Shown here: in pieces, positions 9,388 through 18,366 of the stretch
Layout: each line of letters begins with the position of its first letter
Numbering within the stretch: position 1 is the stretch's first letter
Source: an uncultured virus (IMG/VR IMGVR_UViG_3300007539_009079)
Lineage: Duplodnaviria > Heunggongvirae > Uroviricota > Caudoviricetes
DNA: 64,000 nt
Direction: 5' to 3' (one strand)
IMG/VR virus record: IMGVR_UViG_3300007539_009079
Notes under the pieces: model-generated
Databases searched by the model: none
What the model was told of the DNA's origin: nothing
Seen by the model: the letters and a program-made list of their open reading frames with translations, nothing else
Translations under genes and position numbers: made by a program

Positions 9388-9989
9388 TAAAAATGGATCC
9401 TTTTGATTGTTATAAGGAATATGTAGCAATCAAGACACACTTTCATGCTGAAAAATTTGATTATTTTAAACATAGAAAAAGAAAAGTATCTTATGAAACT
9501 TTTAAAAAACGTAAAGATCATTTCTTTTTTGTTAAACTTGCTAAAAATTTTAAAGATGATGAGATTATAAAATTTTTTGTGGCAAATTTTGTTAACGATG
9601 AAAATATGTGGATTGGCGATGCTCTTGACACTCAAGCGGAAGTGTGTTATACTAATTGGAATAAACGAGTACAAAGCATGGGCTATGTTTTCGGAAATGA
9701 AATTGACAAAATTTTAGAAGAAGGTGATTTTGAACAATGGTTCAAAGTCGATAAAGGACAGCATCCTTTATTGATGAGATTAACGATTGCTAAATATATT
9801 AGTATGGAAACATTCTCTATACTAAATTTGATTCTTAATTTTATACCTGATTTGGATAAACAAATTACAGAAAAATTTGTTTGGCCTCAATTTAGAAATA
9901 AAATTTTGAAGTATACTCCATTTTTGGAGGTGGATAAGACGAAGTTTCGTAAAATTTTACGAGACAAATTAAAACATTATACAACGTAA
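9384..9989 (+). CDS. gp59: Helicase loader gp59
   Basis: YVAIKTHF..FDYFK..FKKRKDHFFF..FFVANF..WIG..HPLL motifs; 33-59-32 synteny. Confidence 0.9.
   Translation: MIKMDPFDCYKEYVAIKTHFHAEKFDYFKHRKRKVSYETFKKRKDHFFFVKLAKNFKDDEIIKFFVANFVNDENMWIGDALDTQAEVCYTNWNKRVQSMGYVFGNEIDKILEEGDFEQWFKVDKGQHPLLMRLTIAKYISMETFSILNLILNFIPDLDKQITEKFVWPQFRNKILKYTPFLEVDKTKFRKILRDKLKHYTT
9625..9653 (+). promoter_or_regulatory. Sigma70 promoter inside gene 59, probably driving gene 32
   Basis: TTGACA(9625-9630)-17 bp-TATACT(9648-9653) with extended -10 TG at 9645-9646. Confidence 0.7.
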
Positions 9990-10014
9990 TATTTCGAAAT
10001 ACGAAAGGAACAAG

Positions 10015-10926
10015 ATGACTTCACTATCCGAACTCAAGAAAAACCGCAATTCTTTTTTAAAGCAACTAAACAAAGAAATCGAAAAAATTGACACACCTTC
10101 TGAAGGAAAGAGTTACATTGATGATAGATTCTGGAAACCAGAAGTAGATAAATCTGGTAACGGTTATGCTGTTATTAGATTTTTACCTCCGGTGCAAGGC
10201 GAAGATATTCCTTGGGCCAGAGTTTTTAATCATGGTTTTCAAGGTCCAACAGGATTATGGTATATTGAAAATTCTTTGACCACTCTTGGAAAAAAAGATC
10301 CAGTATCAGAATATAACACACAATTGTGGAATTCTGGCATTGAGGCTAATAAAGAAGTGGCAAGAAAACAAAAGCGCCGTTTGACATATATCAGTAACAT
10401 TTATGTTATTTCTGATCCTAAAAATCCACAAAATGAAGGTAAAGTATTTCTTTACAAATTCGGAAAAAAGATTTTTGATAAGATCAATGATCTAATGAAC
10501 CCCGAATTTGAAGATGAAACACCTGTAAATCCTTTTGATTTATGGGAAGGCGCTAGTTTTAAATTGAAAATTCGAAAGGTCGAAGGATATCAAAATTATG
10601 ATAAGTCTGAATTTGATTCTCCGGGACAATTACTGGAAACTGATGAAGAACTTGAAGCCGTTTGGAATTCTCAATATCCTTTGTCAGAGTTTATTGCTGA
10701 TGATAATTTTAAAACCTATGACGAACTAAAGGAGAGATTGGATTTAGTCCTTGCTTTGGATAAACCAAGAATTGAAGAGCCGGTTGTGCAAGCAGTGAAT
10801 AAACGTCCTACTGCAGAAGAAGAGATGCAGCAGGAACGTAAACCTATGCCTGCATATGCAAATATTGGAACGGATGACGATGATGAGGACATGTCATATT
10901 TTGCAAAGTTGGCAGAAGATGATTAA
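10015..10926 (+). CDS. gp32: Single-stranded DNA-binding protein gp32
   Basis: DDRFWKPEVDKSGNGYAVIRFLP, WYIENSLTTLG, NYDKSEF, acidic tail SYFAKLAEDD. Confidence 0.97.
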   Translation: MTSLSELKKNRNSFLKQLNKEIEKIDTPSEGKSYIDDRFWKPEVDKSGNGYAVIRFLPPVQGEDIPWARVFNHGFQGPTGLWYIENSLTTLGKKDPVSEYNTQLWNSGIEANKEVARKQKRRLTYISNIYVISDPKNPQNEGKVFLYKFGKKIFDKINDLMNPEFEDETPVNPFDLWEGASFKLKIRKVEGYQNYDKSEFDSPGQLLETDEELEAVWNSQYPLSEFIADDNFKTYDELKERLDLVLALDKPRIEEPVVQAVNKRPTAEEEMQQERKPMPAYANIGTDDDDEDMSYFAKLAEDD

Positions 10927-13679
10927 TATGAGAGAATATCTTTAAAAGATACGGATGAATTCGGTTCAGGAGGTATCTCAGTGATGTTATACTCTTGAAC
11001 CGAAATTCTTTTATTGTCAATATAATTTGAATTATTTCCAGGGGCAATTATAGGTGCCCCAATAGTTAAATTACTTTTCATTTTTTCGTTTTCATTTTGC
11101 ATGGAAAAAATATGTCCTAAATTTTCCATTTGTTGTCTATTAAATAAAAATTCTGGATTATTTTTTGGTGATTCTCCCGCTATAAATAACTGAGGTTTTG
11201 TAAATACTGCACCCGTTTTAAATTCTGGAACTTTTAAAATTTGATTATTTATTACATCAGGAATTGAATTTTTTTCGGCAGTTCCTGGCAAAAATTTTGA
11301 TAATTGCATTCTATTTTTAGCTAAGTTAATATAATTTTGAACAATTGAGTTTTCATATCTCAATCCTACCATATTCCTAATTGGACTACCTTTTTTCAAC
11401 TGTCTATTTTCTGATACTTCTTTACCAAATTGATTTTTTTTGAATGTATAATCTATATCTTTTGATAAAACAAGAGTTTTCTTTTCATCATCATATTCGA
11501 ATATTTCTCCAAAATTTTTAATATTTAAATTATTGATTTGATTAAATTTTTGAATATTTTCTTTCAATTGTTGTGTATGCAAATTATACACAGCATTTAA
11601 TCGCTCTGCGGCTTGTTCATTCAATGATTTTGTGTCTTCACTGGTATAACTTGTAGATTGATCATTTGATGTTTGTGTGCGCTGATTGTTATTTTGGTTA
11701 TTATTTTCAGTGTTGTTTTCAGTTTTACTTGAAAATTGATTGTTGCTTTGATTATTGTCAAGCAGTGTAGTTTGATTTTTTTCAACCACTTGCTCTTTAA
11801 CGTTATTTGAATTATCAATTTGATCTGAATTGCTGAAGTTATTTTTTATATTTTTAACATCTCTTTGTATAATTTTTTTCTGGACTTCAATCATTTGTCT
11901 ATCTTCTTCATCAAAATCATCTAGTCCAATTACACTATCATCTTGCGCTGAAATTCTTCTGAGAGCAGTAAATAATTTTGTATCAAATTGATCATTTATT
12001 TTACTCAAAGGCACGCCAGCAGGTTGTATGTTGCCCATTGAATCTTTCATTGCGACTTTAGTGATTGCCGTTGAATTCTCAGGATCTACATCAAGAACAT
12101 CACTTAATTTTGAATATTTTTCATTTCCTGATTTTGATAATATTTGATTCGCTAAAGTATCATAATACGATTCATCCGCAGTTCTTGAACCAATTAATCT
12201 AGCATTTTCATCTTCAGTTTCTAATAAACTGATAGTTGATGAAATATTTTCTGGTGTAATACCTTCAGATTCAAACTGTCTTGTTGCAAAATTTAATTCA
12301 TTATCATATTGTTCCAGAAGTTTCAAATCTTCTGGACTCATTTTTGACACATCTCCATCATATTTTTTCAACAATTTGGATTTTTCTAATGCTGCTTTTG
12401 AAAACTTTTTAGTCGCTTCTTCTGATGCGCTTATTTGATCAGAAGATAAAACAGAACCTAATGCAAGTCCAATTGCTGCCCCTAACATAGCTCCTGCAAT
12501 CATGCCTACAGGTGTTCCTACAGAACCTATGAGCATACCAATTTTCATTCCCGCTAACGCTCCTCCCAAACCTCCTAATGCGGCCATAGTTATTGACGCT
12601 ACATTAAATTTAGTATCTTTAGCATTAATGACTCCTAACAGTGAGCCAAATGCTGCTCCTAGAATTATTCCTGGAATTCCAAATTTGCTGCCCACTAATG
12701 CCCCTAATCCTGCCATTAAAAAAGTTTCTTTTAACATATCAGGAGTGCCTGTTAATATTTTACTAGTGGCGTCTTTTCCAAATATAGCGTGCAATGTTGT
12801 CATAGCACTGCCTATCATTAATCCAGGAACTATTCCACGTATGCCTCCCATTGTCATAAAACCGAGTAAAGCACCTTTACCTAAATTATTCAACATATCA
12901 TCATTAAAGAATTCATCAATAAACGTGCCAACTCCTGCAGTAACATTTTCCTCTTCAAATGCTTTTTGCAGTGATTCTAATAATTTCGGACCTAACAATA
13001 AACCAGCAATACCTTTTGTTAATGCTAATCCAGCAGTTCCCAATGATTTAGGTATTAAACTTGTTAATAAACTCATACCTTTTGGACCTAGAAAAATACT
13101 GGATAATAATTTTGCTAAAACCGATCCTAAACCAGAACTTGGCCCACTCGGAATTGACATTCCAGGTGAAGATGTTTTTTGTCTCTGTCTTTCTCTTTTT
13201 CTCTCTAAATCTTCTTCCTCTTCTCTAAATCTTCTTTTTTCAAAAATTGATAATAAGTTGGATAGGTAACTATTATTTTGTTTTTGAAATGCTTGATTTT
13301 GATCATCTTCTTTTTTATTTGATAATTTTAATTGTTCAATAGATTGATTTATATCACTTAATTCTCTAACCATAGGAGTAAATGATTCTGAATTTGATAG
13401 TTCTTGACCATTAGTTTGTCTTAATGTTATTAAAGAATCATTTATATCTTTAAAAAGAATGCTATTACTTTTTTGTAAATCCAATATTTCTTTTGTCCAA
13501 TATGACATTTGAGTTATTGGTTTTAATATAGATTTTAGTAAATTAATTTGTTCTTTACCGGAAGGCTCTTCGGCAGATTCTTTCGAAAAATTATTTTTAT
13601 TTGAAGGATTAAATTTCTTTTTAGTATAATCAATTAATTCACTGAATTTTAAATTTTTTGATTTTTTGGATTTTCTCAT
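10923..13679 (-). CDS. Probable tail tape measure protein
   Basis: 918 aa; coiled-coil N-terminus, GxxxG Gly/Ala hydrophobic repeats, C-terminal GAVFTKPQLFIAGE..PE motif typical of tape measures; follows the gp26-like/gp51-like pair. Confidence 0.7.
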   Translation of the reverse strand: MRKSKKSKNLKFSELIDYTKKKFNPSNKNNFSKESAEEPSGKEQINLLKSILKPITQMSYWTKEILDLQKSNSILFKDINDSLITLRQTNGQELSNSESFTPMVRELSDINQSIEQLKLSNKKEDDQNQAFQKQNNSYLSNLLSIFEKRRFREEEEDLERKRERQRQKTSSPGMSIPSGPSSGLGSVLAKLLSSIFLGPKGMSLLTSLIPKSLGTAGLALTKGIAGLLLGPKLLESLQKAFEEENVTAGVGTFIDEFFNDDMLNNLGKGALLGFMTMGGIRGIVPGLMIGSAMTTLHAIFGKDATSKILTGTPDMLKETFLMAGLGALVGSKFGIPGIILGAAFGSLLGVINAKDTKFNVASITMAALGGLGGALAGMKIGMLIGSVGTPVGMIAGAMLGAAIGLALGSVLSSDQISASEEATKKFSKAALEKSKLLKKYDGDVSKMSPEDLKLLEQYDNELNFATRQFESEGITPENISSTISLLETEDENARLIGSRTADESYYDTLANQILSKSGNEKYSKLSDVLDVDPENSTAITKVAMKDSMGNIQPAGVPLSKINDQFDTKLFTALRRISAQDDSVIGLDDFDEEDRQMIEVQKKIIQRDVKNIKNNFSNSDQIDNSNNVKEQVVEKNQTTLLDNNQSNNQFSSKTENNTENNNQNNNQRTQTSNDQSTSYTSEDTKSLNEQAAERLNAVYNLHTQQLKENIQKFNQINNLNIKNFGEIFEYDDEKKTLVLSKDIDYTFKKNQFGKEVSENRQLKKGSPIRNMVGLRYENSIVQNYINLAKNRMQLSKFLPGTAEKNSIPDVINNQILKVPEFKTGAVFTKPQLFIAGESPKNNPEFLFNRQQMENLGHIFSMQNENEKMKSNLTIGAPIIAPGNNSNYIDNKRISVQEYNITEIPPEPNSSVSFKDILSY

Positions 13680-13870
13680 TTCCTTCTCGCTGCTGCTTGT
13701 TGTTTTAATCTTTCATTTTCTTCTTTGATATAATTTACCAATAATGTGACATATATATCTCTTTCAAAAGGAATCATATTATCCAAATCATTTAAATTAT
13801 ATTTGTGATGCTGCATTAAATTGAAATTTGTTACATAATAATTTTCAAGTGAGTTATGACACAGGCTCAC
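13676..13870 (-). CDS. Small tail/baseplate assembly protein (often annotated gp51-like); probably the frameshift extension of the upstream gene
   Basis: LENYYVTNFNLMQHHKYNL..MIPFERDIYVTLL motif; GTG start with no clear SD, in the -1 frame of the upstream ORF. Confidence 0.75.
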   Translation of the reverse strand: MSLCHNSLENYYVTNFNLMQHHKYNLNDLDNMIPFERDIYVTLLVNYIKEENERLKQQAAARRK

Positions 13871-14620
13871 GAAAAAAAATCTTCAAGAGTACTCAATACA
13901 ACTTCTTCTTCTACACCGCATTTTTTACATCTATATTTTTTAGACACAAAAATAGTTGGCATAGTAGAAAAGAATGATCTTATTTGATCAAATTGCTGAG
14001 AATTTAAATTATTTAAAAATTCAGTAATTTCTTCTTTTTTGTATTCATTGGCATGATAAATTTCATCATTATGATATATGTAATCTATTGATCCAATGAC
14101 AACTTCAAATAAATCATCAATCATACCATTCATTTCAGTAGAATTTGTCACTTGTCCCAACAATTCAACTGTTGGATATTTCATCATAATTCCCATTTCT
14201 TTTGATAATTTAATGTTGGGTTCATTTTCTTTATTTTTTACAGGTTTTATTTCATCTATATTAATTTTTACTTTTTGTGTGCCGTCACAAGATTCGCCAT
14301 TTTTGTTTAAGTTGTTTTTATGCTTTAAATTTACTTCAATTGTTTCTCCGATAGATCTGGATCTTATTTGTAAAAAGATATACTGCAAATCAAATAAAGG
14401 TAGATGTTCTACATTTAAATCCGTAAGTAAACAATTTGATAATATCTGTCTGATAGCTCTTAAAATATCTTTTTCATCACCTGATTCTAAGGCCATTAAT
14501 AGTATTTTTTCTTCTTTGACAAGAAAAGGTCTATATTTAATAGTTTTGTCATTAGATACCAACTTCAACTCATAAGTTGGTATGTTTAATTTGGGTAACA
14601 TAATTTTGCCTGTGTCATAA
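13854..14620. repeat. 13-bp perfect inverted repeat bracketing the gp26-like ORF
   Basis: TTATGACACAGGC at 13854-13866 and its exact reverse complement GCCTGTGTCATAA at 14608-14620. Confidence 0.9.
13867..14601 (-). CDS. gp26: gp26-like baseplate hub / tail assembly chaperone
   Basis: LPKLNIPTYEL..IKYRPFLVKEEKILLMA..FDLQYIFLQIRSRSIGE..CKKC..LEDFF. Confidence 0.85.
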   Translation of the reverse strand: MLPKLNIPTYELKLVSNDKTIKYRPFLVKEEKILLMALESGDEKDILRAIRQILSNCLLTDLNVEHLPLFDLQYIFLQIRSRSIGETIEVNLKHKNNLNKNGESCDGTQKVKINIDEIKPVKNKENEPNIKLSKEMGIMMKYPTVELLGQVTNSTEMNGMIDDLFEVVIGSIDYIYHNDEIYHANEYKKEEITEFLNNLNSQQFDQIRSFFSTMPTIFVSKKYRCKKCGVEEEVVLSTLEDFFS

Positions 14621-14640
14621 AATTATATAAAAAATTGTGA

Positions 14641-15237
14641 TTAATTAAAACCTGATAGGTTAAAACTAGTCATAGGAGTTTCGGTGCTAATAGGTTCTTC
14701 AATGTCTGTATTAACATCAGAGTTTCTCAACCAATATCTATATGCAAAAGTAACATTGATTTTTGCATAATCATTAGTTGCTGAAGTATTCAATGATAAA
14801 GCACTTACTATGGTAGGAAAACATTCTTTAAATGTACAAAAATAAATAGGTTGGTTTGTTTCGTCTAACATGCTTAGAGAAATGTCTTGTACGAATGAAT
14901 CATAATAGTTAACATCAAAACTTGTTGGATGTGTTATGTTATCCATCCAATAATCAAAAAACCTTTTTTCTTCTAGACCATTTGAAGTGCATAAAAATGT
15001 CATGTTTGTTTCAACGTATGAGCTGCCATATGGAATTTTTCTGATCGGACCATAAGTTTTTTCTTCAACTGTTAAAATATTTCTACCAGGCAATTCCGCC
15101 ATTTCACACAAATAGGTCAAGTCTTGTTTGTTTCCAAATGAGATATTTCCACTAAATCGCACTTCAAATCTATTGATAGGAGCAACATTTTTTTTAGAAT
15201 TTATTTTTTCTCTGAAATCTGATATGGATAATGGCAT
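14641..15237 (-). CDS. gp54: Tail tube initiator-like protein (gp54/gp19 family)
   Basis: NRFEV..LCEMAELPGR..W...I..ECFP..VTFAYRYW, tail-tube family pattern. Confidence 0.7.
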   Translation of the reverse strand: MPLSISDFREKINSKKNVAPINRFEVRFSGNISFGNKQDLTYLCEMAELPGRNILTVEEKTYGPIRKIPYGSSYVETNMTFLCTSNGLEEKRFFDYWMDNITHPTSFDVNYYDSFVQDISLSMLDETNQPIYFCTFKECFPTIVSALSLNTSATNDYAKINVTFAYRYWLRNSDVNTDIEEPISTETPMTSFNLSGFN

Positions 15238-15812
15238 TAAATCATTCCTTTACTATCTTTCCAAACTTTCTTTTTATCTTGCTTTTCAAATCTTTCTAAT
15301 GGTAAAAATAATGCTAATTCTTTTTCTTCATCATCTAATATAACAACCTTAGAATTTATATGTTTATATAAATACCTTTTGACTGTTGGCCTAATTTGTT
15401 TTATTTTTGATACATTATTCCAATTTATCTCATTCACTTTATCTATGGAGTCCATCAATTTTGCTCTCATAATAGGGTGTAAATAGTGAAAATTTAATCC
15501 TAAAAAACCATCTTTGTACATTTTTACACACAATATCAGAGGAAATCTGTCATAGTATGGTAATATTTTTTTCCATTTAGGATCATAAAAATATGTTGCC
15601 ATTATTCCTGGTTCAATTTTAGAGATGCTTTGTTTTTTATTTTTATTGTAAAAATCATCGGCATTTTTTATATCAGAAAATCTATTAGTTAATCCTGCTG
15701 ATATACTTCTAACTCTTCTTTGCAACCATTTGGTAGCATCTCTGGTTTTTGCAACTCCTTGAGAACTTTTTATTAATTTTTTAAATTTATTTAAAAATTT
15801 TTCTTTTTCCAT
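15237..15812 (-). CDS. gp2: DNA end protector gp2
   Basis: YFYDPKWKKILPYYDRFPL..GFLGLNFHYL..VKRYL..LFLPLERF. Confidence 0.9.
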   Translation of the reverse strand: MEKEKFLNKFKKLIKSSQGVAKTRDATKWLQRRVRSISAGLTNRFSDIKNADDFYNKNKKQSISKIEPGIMATYFYDPKWKKILPYYDRFPLILCVKMYKDGFLGLNFHYLHPIMRAKLMDSIDKVNEINWNNVSKIKQIRPTVKRYLYKHINSKVVILDDEEKELALFLPLERFEKQDKKKVWKDSKGMI

Positions 15813-15817
15813 AATAA

Positions 15818-15825
15818 TATTTAGT
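15818..15825 (-). promoter_or_regulatory. T4-type late promoter (ACTAAATA) for gene 2
   Basis: Last A of the motif at 15818, 6 nt before ATG 15812. Confidence 0.55.
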
Positions 15826-16255
15826 TAAATAAATGATCTTCTGTAATAATTTCAAATTTCCATCTCCTATCTGCACAAAATTCTTGCGCTGCATTCCATT
15901 TTGCTTCGTTTATACCATACACATAAACTTCTTTTAAATATTTTTTTGTGATGGATGCTGGTTTTTTTGGGGGCGAAGTTTGTATTTTAGGTTTTATTTC
16001 AATTAAAATACATTCAACAATATTTTTGTCTTTTTTTATCTTTATCCAAAAATCAGGATAATATCTGTGTATTTTTTTATCAAAAGGAGATTTGTATGGT
16101 ATGGCAATCTCTTCACTAGACCATTCAATTATGCTTGGATTTTGTTCACAGTAATTCATGAATTTTCTTTCCCATAGAGATCTATAGGTTACATTTGTCG
16201 GATCACCTTTATATTTTTCTAAATTTTTTATTCTATATTTTCCTTTATAAGCCAT
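15821..16255 (-). CDS. gp4: Head completion nuclease gp4
   Basis: MAYKGKY..KYKGDP..YRSLWERKFM..WSSEE..HRYYPDF..IEIKP..NEAKW; start corrected to ATG 16255. Confidence 0.92.
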   Translation of the reverse strand: MAYKGKYRIKNLEKYKGDPTNVTYRSLWERKFMNYCEQNPSIIEWSSEEIAIPYKSPFDKKIHRYYPDFWIKIKKDKNIVECILIEIKPKIQTSPPKKPASITKKYLKEVYVYGINEAKWNAAQEFCADRRWKFEIITEDHLFN

Positions 16256-16278
16256 AATAAATATATAGTAGATAAATA
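16256..16278 (+). promoter_or_regulatory. Late promoter motifs upstream of the baseplate operon
   Basis: AATAAATA 16256-16263 and GATAAATA 16271-16278, then AAGGA RBS. Confidence 0.6.
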
Positions 16279-16294
16279 TTAAAAAGGAATAATA

Positions 16295-17221
16295 ATGTCT
16301 AGTCATTTTTTAGATAATATAAAAAAAACAATTATAAATGATGTTCCTCTTACCGACACAGGAACAGCATCTTATAATGCTAGATTTCCATATAATGTTG
16401 GTGAAACAAATGAATATGCAAAATTTTGTATTTTTGTAATTAGTGGTAGATCAATTGGAAATAGGCGCATTTTAAAAGGATATGTACAATTACCATTACC
16501 TCAGGAGATTAATGAAGGTCTAAATGTAGGATATAATACAAGTAGTTTTGGTGTTGTTGGAGCGGCAGCTGTTGGATCATTAAGGGATAATATATCCGGT
16601 CAAAGTATAGGTGAATTAAAAGATAATGCGGAAAGAATACTGAAAAAAGGTGTAGGATCATTTAATATAGAAACTTTTTTTAAAGTTGCAACAAATTTAG
16701 CTTTAAAAGGTACACCTGGATTAAAAGCAGCTGTTAATAATTCTTCAACTACTATTGAAAATCCATATATGACAAGCACTTTTTCTGGTGTTGGATTTAG
16801 ACAATTTAATTTTAATTTCAATTTAATTCCAAAAAATCAAGAAGATTCTATACAATTATCTAATTTGATTAATATTTTTAAAACTTCAATGATGCCTAGA
16901 GATAAGGTTGAAATAAATGACAATTTATTACCAATTAATACTGGATTACAGTATTTACCAGATATATTTGATGTATTTTTTTATCCTACCACGTTAAGTT
17001 TTTCTCAAACAAGATCCGGTAATAATATGCTGAGAATTAGAGATGCCGTATTAACAAAATTTGATGTTAATTTTTCTCCTGACACTCCTTGGCCCGTTTT
17101 TCATGAATCTGATTATGCACCTTTCTCTGCTACAATAAATTTAAGTCTGAAAGAAACAGTTATTTATACCAAAGAAAGATGTGAGGATGACTATGATGAT
17201 CTTTTACGAGGAACACAGTAA
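16295..17221 (+). CDS. gp48: Baseplate tail-tube cap gp48-like, copy 1
   Basis: VQLPLP..ENPY..FRQFNFNFNLIPKNQEDS..LSLKE. Confidence 0.8.
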   Translation: MSSHFLDNIKKTIINDVPLTDTGTASYNARFPYNVGETNEYAKFCIFVISGRSIGNRRILKGYVQLPLPQEINEGLNVGYNTSSFGVVGAAAVGSLRDNISGQSIGELKDNAERILKKGVGSFNIETFFKVATNLALKGTPGLKAAVNNSSTTIENPYMTSTFSGVGFRQFNFNFNLIPKNQEDSIQLSNLINIFKTSMMPRDKVEINDNLLPINTGLQYLPDIFDVFFYPTTLSFSQTRSGNNMLRIRDAVLTKFDVNFSPDTPWPVFHESDYAPFSATINLSLKETVIYTKERCEDDYDDLLRGTQ

Positions 17222-17223
17222 TA

Positions 17224-18366
17224 ATGGCAACATCTGATCCCACAACTTTCATATCAAGACTAACTGCAGGAGATGTTCTTAGATATCCTGAAAATATTGG
17301 TAGTAAAACAGATGGTTTACATCATTTTATGATTATTAAAGAGTATAGGTTTTTAGAGCAAGAAAAAACTGATGATCCTTTTAACGGTTTGCAAAAATTT
17401 ATGACCGACAACTCTTTTAATTTAATTGATACATTTTCGACAGGAGCATATACTAATAATTACAGACAAATCAATTCTTTTGTTTTATATCTTCCGCAAG
17501 GTGTTTTTCAGACTGTATATAATACAAATTATGATGATGTTGAGTTGGGATTTTTTGGCGCTACGATTGAAAAATATTATGGTATTGGTGAACAAAAAGT
17601 TAGAGAGGCATATGAAAAATATAAAAATGATACAAAAGGTTTTTTTTCAGAATCATTAGACATGTATGGAGGCATTTTTGATGCCGTGAAACCTATGGCA
17701 ACCGATGCTTTGAATTCATATGCTAGAGATTCGGTTGATAGAATAAAATTTAATGCCATACAAGCGGGAGGAGCTTTTTTAGGATTAGTCACAGATGCAG
17801 GTAATAATAATATAGCTGCACAATCTATGAGAAGACAAGAAAATCCTTATACTTCTCTTGTTTTTACTGGTGTAAGATCTTTGAGACAGCATACTTTTGA
17901 TTTCGATTTCAAACCTAAAAATTATAGAGAATCTAAAAATGTGTTGAAAATAATCGCAATGTTAAAAAAAGGTATGCTACCATCATTAACTGTTCATCAA
18001 CCAAGTGAAGTTTCTACATCTCAAATTGATGAACCTTCAACAATAGATGTGAATAAAAATGATTTGGCAAGTACAACACAAATTAGAAATAAAAAAAATA
18101 CTGTAACATATACCGATTCTAATAGAATGCCGTCTCAATTTTTTAAATTTCCAAACGTTTACACAATTGACTTTTATGATTTAGATAGTTATGAAGATGG
18201 GAATCCTTTTTTATTTAAAATAGGACAATCAGTTCTAGAATCCTTGACAGTAAAATATGGTAATACATATTTTGAAAAAGATGGGTATCCGACAAACATT
18301 ACTTTAAATCTATCATTTAAAGAGAATTTTGCTCTAAATAGACAAATGACGGAGAGGGGTTATTAA
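17224..18366 (+). CDS. gp48: Baseplate tail-tube cap gp48-like, copy 2
   Basis: LRYP..VLYLP..ENPY..LRQHTFDFDFKPKNYRES..FKFP..LSFKE. Confidence 0.75.
   Translation: MATSDPTTFISRLTAGDVLRYPENIGSKTDGLHHFMIIKEYRFLEQEKTDDPFNGLQKFMTDNSFNLIDTFSTGAYTNNYRQINSFVLYLPQGVFQTVYNTNYDDVELGFFGATIEKYYGIGEQKVREAYEKYKNDTKGFFSESLDMYGGIFDAVKPMATDALNSYARDSVDRIKFNAIQAGGAFLGLVTDAGNNNIAAQSMRRQENPYTSLVFTGVRSLRQHTFDFDFKPKNYRESKNVLKIIAMLKKGMLPSLTVHQPSEVSTSQIDEPSTIDVNKNDLASTTQIRNKKNTVTYTDSNRMPSQFFKFPNVYTIDFYDLDSYEDGNPFLFKIGQSVLESLTVKYGNTYFEKDGYPTNITLNLSFKENFALNRQMTERGY

Noticed and set aside
9703..9735. Second TTGACA inside gene 59
   Set aside because: No -10 element at a suitable spacing
12502..13269. 255-aa plus-strand ORF rich in Pro/Asn/Ala
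   Set aside because: Antisense shadow of the Gly/Ala/Leu-rich region of the tape measure gene
14096..14575. 159-aa plus-strand ORF and the many other 60-140 aa ORFs nested in large genes
   Set aside because: They lie antisense to or out of frame with well-supported genes, with no RBS or motif
16256..16306. Extended N-terminus of gp4 in the ORF track
   Set aside because: It overlaps the divergent promoter region and gp48; the conserved start is MAYKGKY at 16255
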